In this document: one piece after another, positions 23,269 to 33,487 of the stretch
How the letters are laid out: each line of letters opens with the position of its first letter
Position numbering within the stretch: position 1 is the first letter of the stretch
Source: Acidimicrobiia bacterium
Lineage (GTDB): Bacteria > Actinomycetota > Acidimicrobiia > Spongiisociales > ZC4RG35
Assembly (NCBI GenBank): GCA_965215185.1
Contig: OZ244034.1
Location: 1,216,001-1,280,000, forward strand
Direction: 5' to 3'
DNA: 64,000 bases
Translations under genes and position numbers: made by a program
The notes under the pieces: generated by a model
What the model was told of the DNA's origin: nothing
The model's input: the letters and a program-made list of their open reading frames with translations, nothing else
The model's database searches: none

Positions 23269-24051
23269 CTAGAGCTTGTGCCACTGCCCCAAAAATCTAT
23301 GTACCCCTTCGGCGTGCTCGGGGCCGGAGGTCAACTCCGTCCAGATCCGCTCGGTCTGCTCACTGTCGGTGACTTGGCCTCCCGCCACCATCCTCATCAT
23401 TTTCTTCATCGCTTGAAGCGACGCCTGCGACATATCGCACACTCGGGCCAAGAGGGCGTCGAACTGCGAATCGAAAGAGTCGGATTCGTAAAGTGCAGAC
23501 AGGAACCCGATGCTCAATGCCCTCTCCGCCCCGAAGACCTCTCCGGTGAACAGCAACCATTTGGCATGGGATTCACCAACCGCGGCCACCAGACTGCGCA
23601 GGGCCGCGTAGGGAAACGCCAGCCCCACCCGTGCGGGAGGGAGACTAAAGCGGGCGCCAGGATCCGCCACCCGTAGATCACAAACCATGGCGAGGGCCGC
23701 GCCCCCACCCATGCAGGCCCCGCGAATGGCAGCCACCGTGGGTTTCTTCATGCGGGACACCGCCGAAATCCCTGCTGACACGGACGCACCATTCTCCACC
23801 CCCGTCCCCCCTTGGGAAAGTCGCTCCGCCCATTCCGACACATCGGCGCCGGCGCAGAAGACCGTGGGACTTTCACCCCTGATGACCATCACCTTGCTGC
23901 GGTCGTCCTGATCCGCCTCTTTGGCCAGATCCGCAAGAACCGACCACATCCCATCGCTGAAAGCGTTCCGTCTCTGCGGGCGGTCGATTATCAGATGGGC
24001 AACCTCACCTTGACGCTTCAGATAGAGGGGTCGGGAACTGCTCACCGCCAA
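23269..24051 (-). CDS. enoyl-CoA hydratase/isomerase family
   Basis: FCAGAD, AIRGACMGGG, CDLR. Confidence 0.9.
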   Translation of the reverse strand: MAVSSSRPLYLKRQGEVAHLIIDRPQRRNAFSDGMWSVLADLAKEADQDDRSKVMVIRGESPTVFCAGADVSEWAERLSQGGTGVENGASVSAGISAVSRMKKPTVAAIRGACMGGGAALAMVCDLRVADPGARFSLPPARVGLAFPYAALRSLVAAVGESHAKWLLFTGEVFGAERALSIGFLSALYESDSFDSQFDALLARVCDMSQASLQAMKKMMRMVAGGQVTDSEQTERIWTELTSGPEHAEGVHRFLGQWHKL

Positions 24052-24058
24052 TCGATAG

Positions 24059-24658
24059 TCACTGGCGGGGCACTCGGCCCAACAAATAGAACTCGGGGTT
24101 GGGCATCATATGGCCAAGGTGGGCCAGCCGGTTGGACATCGCGAAGAAAGCGGTGATTGCACCCATGTCCCAGATGTCGTCGTCGGCGAAACCTTCCTGA
24201 TACAGCGGATCGTAGTCGGCGTCTTCTATCTCTTCTGGCGTGCGAGCCAGCTTGACGGTGAACCGGAGCATGGCGCGTTGTCGACGCGAAACGGGCGCCG
24301 TCCTCCAGTTAGCGGCGATCTGATCGGCCAGTAACGGATCGCCAGAACGAATGCGGAGAATCGCCCCGTGAGCCACTATGCAATAGGGGCACTGGTTGAC
24401 GGCGCTGGTGGCCACCACGATCATCTCCCGTTCCGCCTTCGACAACCCACTTTCGCCCTCCATCAGGGCGTCGTGATAGGAGAAAAAAGCCCTGGCTTCA
24501 TCCGGCCTGTGTCCCAAAGCCAGCATCACATTGGGTGTGAAACCCAACTTAGAGTAAACAAATTCCGCTCGTTGGCGGAGATCATCCGGCAACTCTGAGA
24601 TCGTGGACATTGGGAACCGGGAATTGTCAGTCATTACGGCCCCTTTGAGTGCGCTCAA
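24059..24658 (-). CDS. AhpD/CMD-family peroxidase-related enzyme
   Basis: EREMIVV..SAVNQCPYCIVAHG; start may be MTDNS. Confidence 0.9.
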   Translation of the reverse strand: MSALKGAVMTDNSRFPMSTISELPDDLRQRAEFVYSKLGFTPNVMLALGHRPDEARAFFSYHDALMEGESGLSKAEREMIVVATSAVNQCPYCIVAHGAILRIRSGDPLLADQIAANWRTAPVSRRQRAMLRFTVKLARTPEEIEDADYDPLYQEGFADDDIWDMGAITAFFAMSNRLAHLGHMMPNPEFYLLGRVPRQ

Positions 24659-24738
24659 CTCTGTGGCCAGTTTTTAACACCGACCCCTGATTATCTATTC
24701 TATGCCCCGTAGGCAACCCCCAACTCAAGGAAAGTCAT

Positions 24739-26163
24739 ATGACCACTCCAGCAGAGGTGTCAGCACTCGCCGAGAAGTACGAGTTCGTTGATCTTCGTTT
24801 TCCGGATCTCCCGGGAAAGATGCATCATTTCACAATGCCGTCCAGCGCCCTCACCGAGGCCTCCTTTGAGGAAGGATTCGGGTTCGATGGCTCGTCCATC
24901 CGAGGATTTCAATCTATTGATGAGTCGGACATGCTGCTCATCCCGGACCCTACCACCGCCTATGAAGATCCTTTCTTCGTACGCCCCACCCTCAATCTGA
25001 ACTGTTTCATCAAAGATCCCATCACCGGTGATTGGTACCACAAGGATCCGCGGCGCGTGGCCCGCAACGCCGAGGAATACCTGCTCTCCACTGGGATAGC
25101 CGACGATTCCTACTGGGGACCGGAAGCCGAGTTCTTTATCTTTGACTCCGCCCGGTTCTCCCAAGTGGGCCACCACACCAACATGTCTTTTTACGAGGTG
25201 GATTCCGGCGAAGCCGCGTGGAACTCGGCGAGGCATGAAGATGGAGGCAACCTCGGCCACAAGATGCGCCTCAAGGAGGGCTACTACCCGGTTCCCCCCA
25301 ACGACACTCTGCAGGACATCCGTTCGGAGATGGTTGCCCAGATGCTCAGGGTGGGGATCCCCGTCGAGATCCATCACCACGAGGTAGGAACCGCCGGACA
25401 GGCGGAGATCGACATCCGCTATGCGCCCCTTCTCCTGCAAGCGGATCGCGTGATGACCTACAAGTACATCTGCAAGAACGTGGCCAAGCAGGCCGGCAAG
25501 ACCGTGACCTTTATGCCCAAGCCGATCTTCGCTGACAACGGCTCCGGGATGCACACCCACCAGAGCCTTTGGAAGGACGGCAAGCCGCTCTTTTTCGAAG
25601 AGGGCAAATATGCTAATCTATCCGATATGGCCCGCTGGTATGCCGGGGGCCTGATCGCCCACGCTGCGGCCATTTTGGCCTTCGCTGCGCCAGGAACCAA
25701 CTCCTATCGGAGATTGGTGCCCGGATTCGAGGCGCCGGTCAATCTCGTCTACAGCCAGCGCAATCGCTCGGCAGCGATTCGCATTCCCACCTATTCGGAA
25801 GCCCCCTCCGCCAAGCGGCTGGAGTTCCGGTGCCCCGATCCGTCCTGCAACCCCTACTACGCCTTCGCTGCCATGCTGATGGCGGGACTGGACGGGATTC
25901 GTAATCGCACCGAACCGGGCGATCCAGTGGATGTGGACCTATACGAGTTGAGCCCTGAGGAGGCGGCCGGTCTGAACACCGTTCCCTCCAGTCTGGAGGA
26001 GGCTTTGGATGCCCTGGAGGCGGACCACGACTTCCTCACCGAGGGAAACGTGTTCTCCGATGAGTTGATCCACACCTGGATCTCCTACAAGCGGGATAAC
26101 GAGGCCAGCCTGGTCCGGCGTCACCCCACCCCTGTGGAGTACGAGCTCTACTACGACATCTAA
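24739..26163 (+). CDS. glnA: glutamine synthetase type I
   Basis: [33 protein letters not shown], ends YYDI. Confidence 0.97.
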   Translation: MTTPAEVSALAEKYEFVDLRFPDLPGKMHHFTMPSSALTEASFEEGFGFDGSSIRGFQSIDESDMLLIPDPTTAYEDPFFVRPTLNLNCFIKDPITGDWYHKDPRRVARNAEEYLLSTGIADDSYWGPEAEFFIFDSARFSQVGHHTNMSFYEVDSGEAAWNSARHEDGGNLGHKMRLKEGYYPVPPNDTLQDIRSEMVAQMLRVGIPVEIHHHEVGTAGQAEIDIRYAPLLLQADRVMTYKYICKNVAKQAGKTVTFMPKPIFADNGSGMHTHQSLWKDGKPLFFEEGKYANLSDMARWYAGGLIAHAAAILAFAAPGTNSYRRLVPGFEAPVNLVYSQRNRSAAIRIPTYSEAPSAKRLEFRCPDPSCNPYYAFAAMLMAGLDGIRNRTEPGDPVDVDLYELSPEEAAGLNTVPSSLEEALDALEADHDFLTEGNVFSDELIHTWISYKRDNEASLVRRHPTPVEYELYYDI

Positions 26164-26182
26164 ACCGCCCACCCTCCTAACG

Positions 26183-26222
26183 AAAAAGGACGCCTCTCCC
26201 CAAGTGGGAGGGTGTCCTTTTT
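26183..26222. terminator. bidirectional intrinsic terminator (glnA / tRNA-Arg)
   Basis: AAAAAGGACGCCTCTCCC..GGGAGGGTGTCCTTTTT. Confidence 0.75.
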
Positions 26223-26269
26223 CTTCCACCACCCAACAGCGCGGCTCCCATCAGCCGGTCGGACCGCAG

Positions 26270-26341
26270 CGCCCTCGGCAGGACTCGAACCTGCGCACCC
26301 GGTTCCGGAAACCGGTGCTCTGTCCCCTGAGCTACGAGGGC
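26270..26341 (-). tRNA. tRNA-Arg(CCG)
   Basis: GCCCTCGTAGCTCAGGGGACAGAGC...TTCCGGA...GGTTCGAGTCCTGCCGAGGGCG cloverleaf. Confidence 0.95.
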
Positions 26342-26412
26342 AAAATGAAGGTTCCCCCAAGGCTAGCCCCGAGAAACACCCACCCGATCCGAAAAACAAT
26401 CCCCGCAAATGG

Positions 26413-26441
26413 TTGACAAATTGATTCGCGCACCCTAGTCT
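26413..26441 (+). promoter_or_regulatory. sigma-A promoter of whiB
   Basis: TTGACA-N17-TAGTCT. Confidence 0.75.
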
Positions 26442-26476
26442 TTTTTTTCAATGGCCTTTTGGCTATGGCAGTATTT

Positions 26477-26492
26477 TGTGAAAGTGTTCACA
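26477..26492. promoter_or_regulatory. CRP-type site in whiB leader
   Basis: Perfect TGTGA-N6-TCACA. Confidence 0.65.
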
Positions 26493-26515
26493 ATCGTAAA
26501 CCCGGAGAAGATTTC

Positions 26516-26794
26516 TTGATCACCACCACCATCATCGACTGGAGAGACTTGGCCGCTTGCCTCGACTCCGATCCCCTCCTATTTTTCCCGGTCGGCAGCA
26601 CCGGCCCCGCCGTTGAGCAGATCGCCATGGCGACTTCCATCTGCACCTCGTGCCAGGTAAAGGAAGAATGCCTGCAATACGCTCTGGAGACGAACCAAGA
26701 GTCAGGTGTCTGGGGTGGCCACTCGGAAGAGGATCGTCGCAGACTGCGCAAGCGTTGGCTGGCCAAGCGCCGCCGTCGTTATTTGGCGGGTTAA
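26516..26794 (+). CDS. whiB: WhiB family Fe-S regulator (WhiB1/WblE-like)
   Basis: Four Cys, FFPVG, CLQYALE, GVWGG, basic tail; TTG start after GGAG inferred. Confidence 0.92.
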   Translation: MITTTIIDWRDLAACLDSDPLLFFPVGSTGPAVEQIAMATSICTSCQVKEECLQYALETNQESGVWGGHSEEDRRRLRKRWLAKRRRRYLAG

Positions 26795-27021
26795 CTCCCC
26801 GCAGCGAAACCCACTCCCGAACGACCCCCGGAGCTTTCAAACTCTACGAAGGCCAACATGTCGCGCGGGATGCCGATCTGGGTTCCGTCGGCATCTTCTA
26901 ACCACACGATGGGCCGCGCGTTCAGAAACATCTCCTCAATGGCCGAACGCACCTGCTCGATGTCGCGACTCTCGATCTCTACCACCCGGTTGGTGTGGGC
27001 AATTGCGATCTTGACTTTCAT
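26791..27021 (-). CDS. DUF3107 family protein
   Basis: MKVKIAI..., LAFVEF, VGF ending typical of actinobacterial DUF3107. Confidence 0.8.
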   Translation of the reverse strand: MKVKIAIAHTNRVVEIESRDIEQVRSAIEEMFLNARPIVWLEDADGTQIGIPRDMLAFVEFESSGGRSGVGFAAGS

Positions 27022-27142
27022 CCTTGGGGCTCCCCGCTGTCAGCGCCCGTCCGATGCTACCAGTTGAAAAACCATTGTGAGTCGCGAAATCTCTCGCCCG
27101 CTGAGAGTAGACAGGCCATGGCGAACCGGAACATGCTGAGAC

Positions 27143-27968
27143 ATGATCAATAAGCTCTCCCCCGCTGCCAGGCTCTTCGGACTCCTGGCACTTTCCAGCG
27201 CCATCACGCTTGCTCTGCATCGGATGGAAGATGCGCCTTGGCTCTCGGTCGACTGGTCCAACCTCCGATAGTGGCTCGACACCACTCCGCCCCTTGAACC
27301 TGGGCTCTTGTCGGCAGTCCGGGTGGTGGGCCTGGGCTGTGGGTGGTGGATTATCCTCTCCACCTGCCTGTATCTGACCGCCCGGCTGTCCCGACAGGCT
27401 TCTGCCCTGCGGCTGGCCACTCCTTTCACGCTTCCGTTCGTCCGCAGGCTTGGGGCTCGGGTGGTGGTGGGGGCCGTAGCGTTCTCGACCCTGGGTGGCT
27501 CCCTTCCGACCTTGGCCGCCAGCGATCAACCGCTTGTTGACGGACAATTGGATTCCTACCCTGTACCCCTGGTTGTCCCACACTTTTCTTTGGTCGCGTC
27601 CCAAGACAAAAGGCACCCATCTGATAGCGTTTTCCTCCCCATCTCGGGTGTCAAACTGCAGGATCAGACCCGTCTGGCGGCGGGGAACCCCGCCCACCCA
27701 GCCGAGCCGAGCGGGGGTGGCGTCGGCCTGGCACTCAGCAGTCCGATCAGGCCTGGGGAGGAATATCGCATCCTAAATGGCGACCATCTGTGGAGTATCG
27801 CTGACCGGAGCCTCTCTCAATCCATGCCGCATCCCCCCACCCCTCAACAGACCGCTTCCTACTGGATGGACCTGATCGACACCAACCGGGAAGCGATCCG
27901 TTCCCAAGACCCTAACCTACGTATACCCAGATGAGATCATCCTCCTCCCCGAAATCAGAGAAGTCTGA
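27143..27968 (+). pseudogene. membrane-anchored LysM protein, disrupted
   Basis: ATG 27143, in-frame TAG 27269-27271, GDHLWSIA LysM motif, frameshift before VYPDEIILLP. Confidence 0.7.
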
Positions 27969-28042
27969 TCAGAAACTGGAGGCAAACCAAGCAATATGTC
28001 GTCAAAGTGGCCGACGGCCACATGATTACATCGGGACTCTGG

Positions 28043-28447
28043 CTAGCCCGGAATGTAGCTCAACCTCACCCTTCTCACCGGATTCTCCCGGTTGGGATCA
28101 ACCAATACAATCGACTGCCAGACACCCAACGCCGGACGTCCATCCAACACCGGGAGTACCAGGCTGGGAGAGACCAAAGCCGGCATGACATGATCTGCAC
28201 CGTGGCCAGGCAATCCATGCCGGTGAACCCAGTCGCCATGACGTGGAAGTATCCCTTCCATCGCGGCAATCAAATCCCGGTCACTGCCCGACCCCACCTC
28301 GATCAACGCAAGGCCGCAGGTGGAATGAGGGGTGAACACCGATACCAGACCATCTCCCCTCGACCGGCAGAAGTCCAGCACCTGCGAAGTCACGTCGGCC
28401 ACCGCCGACCGCCTGCCGGTGTGGATTTCTATCAGTCGAGTGTCCAC
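28043..28447 (-). CDS. YjbQ/UPF0047 family protein
   Basis: PHSTCG, HGADH, LGVWQSI. Confidence 0.9.
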   Translation of the reverse strand: MDTRLIEIHTGRRSAVADVTSQVLDFCRSRGDGLVSVFTPHSTCGLALIEVGSGSDRDLIAAMEGILPRHGDWVHRHGLPGHGADHVMPALVSPSLVLPVLDGRPALGVWQSIVLVDPNRENPVRRVRLSYIPG

Positions 28448-28455
28448 AACCGGAT

Positions 28456-29427
28456 TCAGGCGTTTTCGCCCAGGAATATATTGCTCACCGAATCGTCGGT
28501 GAAGATGGCCTGCACCGATTTGGCGACTATGGAAGCGATCGAGAGCACCTTGAGATTCCCCATCTGGTAGGCGCTGTCGGAAACCGGCAGGGTGTTGGTA
28601 ACCACCACCTCATCGATCCCAGCCCGGGCGATGCTGTCCATGGCCTGCTCGGAAAGCACGGCGTGGGTCGCTGCGATTCGTACCGAAGCAGCGCCCATCT
28701 TCCGGATCAGTTCGGCGGCGTTGCACACCGTGCCTCCGGTATCGATGATGTCGTCCACGATCACCGCATGCCGACCCTCCACCACCCCGGTGACCGCCAG
28801 CGCCTCGGAAAAATTGTGCCGGTGGGCGTCCCTTCGCTTATAGACCAAAGCCACATCGGCGTTCAGATGTCTCGCATATCTCTCGGCTCGTTTACCACCA
28901 CCCGCATCGGGAGAGACGATGGTCACATCTCCACTGGTCACAGTGGACAGATACTCGCAGATTATGGGAATCGCAGTGAGATGATCGAAGGGCTTGGTGA
29001 TGAACCCCTGCAACTGCCCGGTGTGCAGGTCTACGGAGACCAAGCGGTCGGCGCCAGCCACCATGAAGAGGTCACCCACCAGTCGGGAGGTGATCGGCTC
29101 CCGGGGAAGAACCTTCTTGTCCTGCCGACAGTACCCGTAGTAGGGCATCACGGCGGTAATCTGCCGGGCAGAGGCCCGGCGAAGGGCGTCTATGATGATC
29201 AACTGCTCCATGATGGCGTCGTTGATGGGAGCCGAGTGGCTCTGCAAAACGAAACAGTCGGTGCCTCGTACGCTTTCTTCCGCACGCGCATATGTCTCCC
29301 CGCTGGAGAAAGTGGACCTCTGCAGTCTGCCTAGTGATACTCCCAGCAGATCGGCCACCTCCTGGGCCAGCTCAAGATTGTGGCTGCCGGAAAAGATCCG
29401 CATTTGCTTGAAGTGGGCTATGTCCAT
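28456..29427 (-). CDS. prs: ribose-phosphate pyrophosphokinase
   Basis: PYYGYCRQDKK, VDLH, VSPDAG, VDDIIDTGGT. Confidence 0.95.
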   Translation of the reverse strand: MDIAHFKQMRIFSGSHNLELAQEVADLLGVSLGRLQRSTFSSGETYARAEESVRGTDCFVLQSHSAPINDAIMEQLIIIDALRRASARQITAVMPYYGYCRQDKKVLPREPITSRLVGDLFMVAGADRLVSVDLHTGQLQGFITKPFDHLTAIPIICEYLSTVTSGDVTIVSPDAGGGKRAERYARHLNADVALVYKRRDAHRHNFSEALAVTGVVEGRHAVIVDDIIDTGGTVCNAAELIRKMGAASVRIAATHAVLSEQAMDSIARAGIDEVVVTNTLPVSDSAYQMGNLKVLSIASIVAKSVQAIFTDDSVSNIFLGENA

Positions 29428-29440
29428 CTGAGTATCTCCA

Positions 29441-30871
29441 TTAGCTGCCGCTGCTCGTAACGGAAGGATCAGAAATGGTTTTCCTTTCGCTTTCCTGACG
29501 GTAGCGGGCCGCCCGTCTGGCCGCATAACCACGGATCGCCTTCTGGGTGGACCGCTCCACCGCCAACGCCCCGGGCGGCACTGGCCGGGTGATGGTTGAC
29601 CCTGCTCCGGTCCATCCCTCTTCTCCTACCTCCACCGGCGCTACCAACACGGTATTGGAACCGATCTGGGATCCCGCTCCAATCCTGGTGCGATGCTTTT
29701 GATACCCGTCGTAGTTGGCGGTTATAGTGCCCGCACCGATGTTGGCCCCTTCCCCAACATCGGAATCGCCCAGATAGGAGAGGTGGGGCACCTTGGCGCC
29801 CTTCCCCAACCGACTGTTCTTTATCTCCACGAAAGTACCGGCCTTGGCGCCACCCTCGATCCTAGTTCCCGGACGCAGCGAGGCGTAGGGCCCGACCTGA
29901 ACATCAGGCCCTATCACGGATTCACGTACCACCGAGTACCACACCCTGGAACCGGCGCCGATCCGGCTATCTCGGACATAGGCATCAGGACCCACTGTCG
30001 CCCCCTCCTCCACCTCTACCTCACCCTCCAGATGCACCCCCGCGTAGAGTTTCACCCCCGCTGCCAATTTGACATCCGCCTCCACATAGATTCGCCCCGG
30101 ATCTTCCATCCACACGCCAGCCAGCATATGGCGACGGAGGATCCGCCTTCTCATCAAACTCGCCACCTCCGCCAACTGAGCCTGGTTGTTCACTCCCAGG
30201 GCATTCCGAAAAGGAATCAGCGTTGCCACCACCTTGCGACCGTCGCCCACCATCAGACCGATCACATCCGGCAGGTAATACTCACCCTGCCGGTTCCCAG
30301 CCCCGATCCGCCCCAGCGCAAAGCGCAGGTCCCCGGCCGAGAAGACATAGATGCTGGTGTTTATCTCCCTTATTTCCCGTTGGGCGGGGTCGGCGTCGAC
30401 ATGCTCCACCACTCCCCGCACCCGCCCGGCAGAGTCCCGCACCACTCTCCCGTAGCCGGTGGGATCTTCCACCTCAGCGGTGAGCATGGTGGCCACCGCC
30501 CCTTGGGAGCGGTGAGAAGCTAATGCTTCGCTGATCGACTCGGCTGTGATTAGCGGAACATCTCCGGGCAGCACCACCACGGGTGTTCCCTCGGGCAGTT
30601 CTTCCAACGCCTCCATCCCCAGGGATACGGCTTGTCCGGTCCCTCGACGCTCGGCCTGAAAACAGGTCTCCACCCCGGCAGGCAGAATGGATCTGACCCG
30701 GCGAGCCCCTGCTCCCACCACCACCATGATCCGTCCCGGGCGGGTCACCGAAGCTGCCTCCACGATCCAGGATAGGATCGGTCGACCCGCCAGAGAGTGA
30801 AGCACTTTCGGTACATCGGAGTGCATCCGCACGCCTTCGCCGGCGGCCATGATTATCACTGCATGGCTCAT
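29441..30871 (-). CDS. glmU: bifunctional UDP-GlcNAc pyrophosphorylase/acetyltransferase
   Basis: MAAGEGVRM..PKVLH, GEYYL, hexapeptide repeats, HLSYLGD, NYDG. Confidence 0.95.
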   Translation of the reverse strand: MSHAVIIMAAGEGVRMHSDVPKVLHSLAGRPILSWIVEAASVTRPGRIMVVVGAGARRVRSILPAGVETCFQAERRGTGQAVSLGMEALEELPEGTPVVVLPGDVPLITAESISEALASHRSQGAVATMLTAEVEDPTGYGRVVRDSAGRVRGVVEHVDADPAQREIREINTSIYVFSAGDLRFALGRIGAGNRQGEYYLPDVIGLMVGDGRKVVATLIPFRNALGVNNQAQLAEVASLMRRRILRRHMLAGVWMEDPGRIYVEADVKLAAGVKLYAGVHLEGEVEVEEGATVGPDAYVRDSRIGAGSRVWYSVVRESVIGPDVQVGPYASLRPGTRIEGGAKAGTFVEIKNSRLGKGAKVPHLSYLGDSDVGEGANIGAGTITANYDGYQKHRTRIGAGSQIGSNTVLVAPVEVGEEGWTGAGSTITRPVPPGALAVERSTQKAIRGYAARRAARYRQESERKTISDPSVTSSGS

Positions 30872-30907
30872 AGTCTTCTCCAAATCACGTAGCGGGAAAC
30901 CCGGCAC

Positions 30908-30982
30908 TGGCTGGGGGGATAGGACTTGAACCCATACCGGCGGGACCAAAACCCGCTGTGCTGCCGGTTACACCACCCCCCA
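30908..30982 (-). tRNA. tRNA-Gln(TTG)
   Basis: TGGGGGGTGGTGTAACCGGCAGCAC..TTTTGGT..GGTTCAAGTCC..CCA; typical location upstream of glmU. Confidence 0.95.
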
Positions 30983-31013
30983 TTGGGGAAAGAAGGGCAC
31001 ATCGCCCCCTAGG

Positions 31014-31868
31014 TTACCCGGTCATCTCACGGGCGCCGCCGGGAAACAGAGCCGCTCCCACCGTGGCTGCGAACCATTTCTCCACGGCTTGAGATGCGAA
31101 GATGGCTTCCTCTGCGTCCATGAAGAAAGAGAACAACGATGGCCCACTACCTGACATGGCCACCGGCCTCCCCCACTCCCGGGACAGAAGCTGCATCATG
31201 TCACCCAATTCAGGGAGAAGGCTTACCGCGGCGGGATGAAGGTCGTTTCGGATGGGTGCCGAACGGCGAAGACCGGGAGGCAGAGCGTCGGAAGGAAACT
31301 GCGCGCCCCGCGGTCCCTCCAGATCGTCCCACATCCGGTAGACATCAGCGGTGAGCAGGGGAAAATCCGGCACCGCTAACCCCAAGGCGAAACCTGACAA
31401 AGCAGGCATGGAATACACCTTTTCTCCAAAGCCTTCCACCCACAGGCTTCCACCCTGTAGCGCAGCCGGAACGTCCGAACCGACCCGAGGCGCCGCGGTG
31501 CGCAGTTGGTCCGAATCGAGGTTGAGCATCCTGCCCAAGGCCACCAACACCGCTGCCGCGTCCGCGCTTCCTCCCCCCAACCCGGCCGCCACCGGAATGC
31601 GTTTCTCCAAGAACACCTCCAGCGGCGGACGATCAACACCGGTCTCCCTTTCCAACGCCTCCACCGCTTTCCACACCAGATTTTCCTCCCCGGTGGGAAG
31701 GTCGGCGCCCTGTATTTGCAGCCGATCCTCGTCGCCTTCGGTAACCGTGACCCGATCACACCAATCCACTGTTTGCATCAGCGACTGAATGGGATGAAGC
31801 CCCGAAGCCGATCTCGGTCCCACCATCAAGGTGAGGTTTACTTTGGCGGGCGCCAGCCAGGTGCTCAT
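31014..31868 (-). CDS. ispE: 4-diphosphocytidyl-2C-methyl-D-erythritol kinase
   Basis: APAKVNL, IPVAAGLGGGSADAA, GSDVP, MSGSG. Confidence 0.95.
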   Translation of the reverse strand: MSTWLAPAKVNLTLMVGPRSASGLHPIQSLMQTVDWCDRVTVTEGDEDRLQIQGADLPTGEENLVWKAVEALERETGVDRPPLEVFLEKRIPVAAGLGGGSADAAAVLVALGRMLNLDSDQLRTAAPRVGSDVPAALQGGSLWVEGFGEKVYSMPALSGFALGLAVPDFPLLTADVYRMWDDLEGPRGAQFPSDALPPGLRRSAPIRNDLHPAAVSLLPELGDMMQLLSREWGRPVAMSGSGPSLFSFFMDAEEAIFASQAVEKWFAATVGAALFPGGAREMTG

Positions 31869-32698
31869 GGGTGGGACTCCCAGCCGCGCACCACAGTGGC
31901 CAGTCGCAGGAAATCACTGGGAGAAAGAGACTCGGGCCGCCGGTCCGCAGAGATTCCCGCCGCCGACAGCATCGGCTCGACAGCCGCCAACTCCGACTCC
32001 AGGGAACCCCGCAGCATCTTGCGACGTTTGCCAAAAGCGCGGGCCGCCAGGTAAATGGCCAAACCGGCGTCGGGGTGGGAGGGCACTCGCTCCAACTCCA
32101 CTACCGAGGAGATCACCTCTGGGCGCGGAAAAAACACCTGAGGAGGCAGATCGAAGACCCGCCGTGCCCGGGTATGGAGACCCGCCACCACCGAAGGCAA
32201 TCCGTATTCCCGGCTGGAGGGGCCGGCCAGGAGTCGTTGTACCACTTCTTTTTGCAGCATCACCACAAACCGGACCACCGCCGGAACGTTTTGAATCATC
32301 TCCATCAACAGTGGGGTGCCCACACCGTAGGGGAGATTGGAAACCATCACCCACCCCTCGCCGTCCAGCGCCTCACTCCAATCGACCTTCATCGCATCCT
32401 CCATGCGCATTTCAACCTGCGGGCCATAGGACTCCAAAGTCTCGGCCAAAACGGGCGCCAGGCGATGGTCGATTTCATATGAAACCACCCGGGCGCCGGT
32501 TTGGGCCAAAACGGCGGTGAGGTTTCCCACCCCCGCGCCTATTTCCAGCACCGGGTCTCCAGGACCGACCCGGGCGGTCTTCACCACCTTTTTGACCAAG
32601 TTGAGATCGATCAGGAAGTGCTGACCCAGCCTCCGTGATGGCGTGATTTCATAACGGGCCAGCAGGGCGGAGAGTCGGGAAGGGGTTATGGCAGTCAA
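31865..32698 (-). CDS. rsmA: 16S rRNA dimethyltransferase RsmA/KsgA
   Basis: LGQHFL, LEIGAG, SNLPY, FFPRPEV; TTG start inferred. Confidence 0.93.
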   Translation of the reverse strand: MTAITPSRLSALLARYEITPSRRLGQHFLIDLNLVKKVVKTARVGPGDPVLEIGAGVGNLTAVLAQTGARVVSYEIDHRLAPVLAETLESYGPQVEMRMEDAMKVDWSEALDGEGWVMVSNLPYGVGTPLLMEMIQNVPAVVRFVVMLQKEVVQRLLAGPSSREYGLPSVVAGLHTRARRVFDLPPQVFFPRPEVISSVVELERVPSHPDAGLAIYLAARAFGKRRKMLRGSLESELAAVEPMLSAAGISADRRPESLSPSDFLRLATVVRGWESHP

Positions 32699-33468
32699 CA
32701 GAGTTCGGCCTCCTCCCTCCTGAACATCCGCCGGGCATTGGCACTGGTCGTCGCAGCCACCTGGTGTACATCCATGCTCCACACCCGAGCCAGGGCTTCG
32801 CCCACCAGGGAGACCCAGGCCGGTTCGTTGGGTTTTCCCCGATGAGGAGGAGGGGTGAGATAGGGAGTGTCGGTCTCCACCATGGCTCGATTCGGCGGAA
32901 CAAGGGCCGCCCCCCTTCTCACCGTGTCGCCGGTGGGAAACGCAACCGGACCGGCGAAGGAAAACAGTACCCCCAATTCCAAGAACCGCCTGGTCCATCG
33001 AGGTCCGCCTGTCCAGCAGTGCATGACCGATGCCGGCCCGGCGCCGGTGGATTCCAACAGACGGTGGATATCCGAAAAGGCGTCACGACAATGCACTACC
33101 AACGGCTTTCCGAGTTCGGTGGCAAGTTCGATCTGAGCTCGGAAGGACTCCAACTGGTGAGACCGGGAAGATAGGTTCCGGTAGAAATCCAGGCCGGTCT
33201 CCCCCACTGCCGCCGCCCCCCGAGCCAACTCGGCGATGCCTTCCCCCTCATCCGGCCAGCGGTCGGCCATGTGAGGATGGAGCCCTGCCGCGGCCAGCAC
33301 CTTACCAGGATGTCCGGCGGCCAACCGGACTGCCGCCCGGGACGACTCCAAATCCACTCCGGGCGCAACCACCCACGTCACCGAAGAGGCCCGCCTCAAC
33401 AACTCGCCCGGAGGTCGCCCATCCAACTGCAGATGGCAATGGGTGTCCACCCATCGAGGGACTGAGGA
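32695..33468 (-). CDS. tatD: TatD family hydrolase
   Basis: DTHCH, GLHP, GETGLD, HCR, ETDTPY; start approximate. Confidence 0.92.
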   Translation of the reverse strand, partial: SSVPRWVDTHCHLQLDGRPPGELLRRASSVTWVVAPGVDLESSRAAVRLAAGHPGKVLAAAGLHPHMADRWPDEGEGIAELARGAAAVGETGLDFYRNLSSRSHQLESFRAQIELATELGKPLVVHCRDAFSDIHRLLESTGAGPASVMHCWTGGPRWTRRFLELGVLFSFAGPVAFPTGDTVRRGAALVPPNRAMVETDTPYLTPPPHRGKPNEPAWVSLVGEALARVWSMDVHQVAATTSANARRMFRREEAELC

Positions 33469-33487
33469 AACCTCTGACACAGCGGTC

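Noticed and set aside
6167-27271. Amber recoding suggested by in-frame TAGs at 6167 and 27269
   Set aside because: TAG ends several intact genes here (murF, ddl, rpmI), and the LysM gene also has a frameshift; decay is simpler.
31865-32998. 377-aa RsmA and other N-terminally extended calls (prs, glmU, mpg)
   Set aside because: Extensions overlap neighbouring genes or a tRNA; shorter starts fit.
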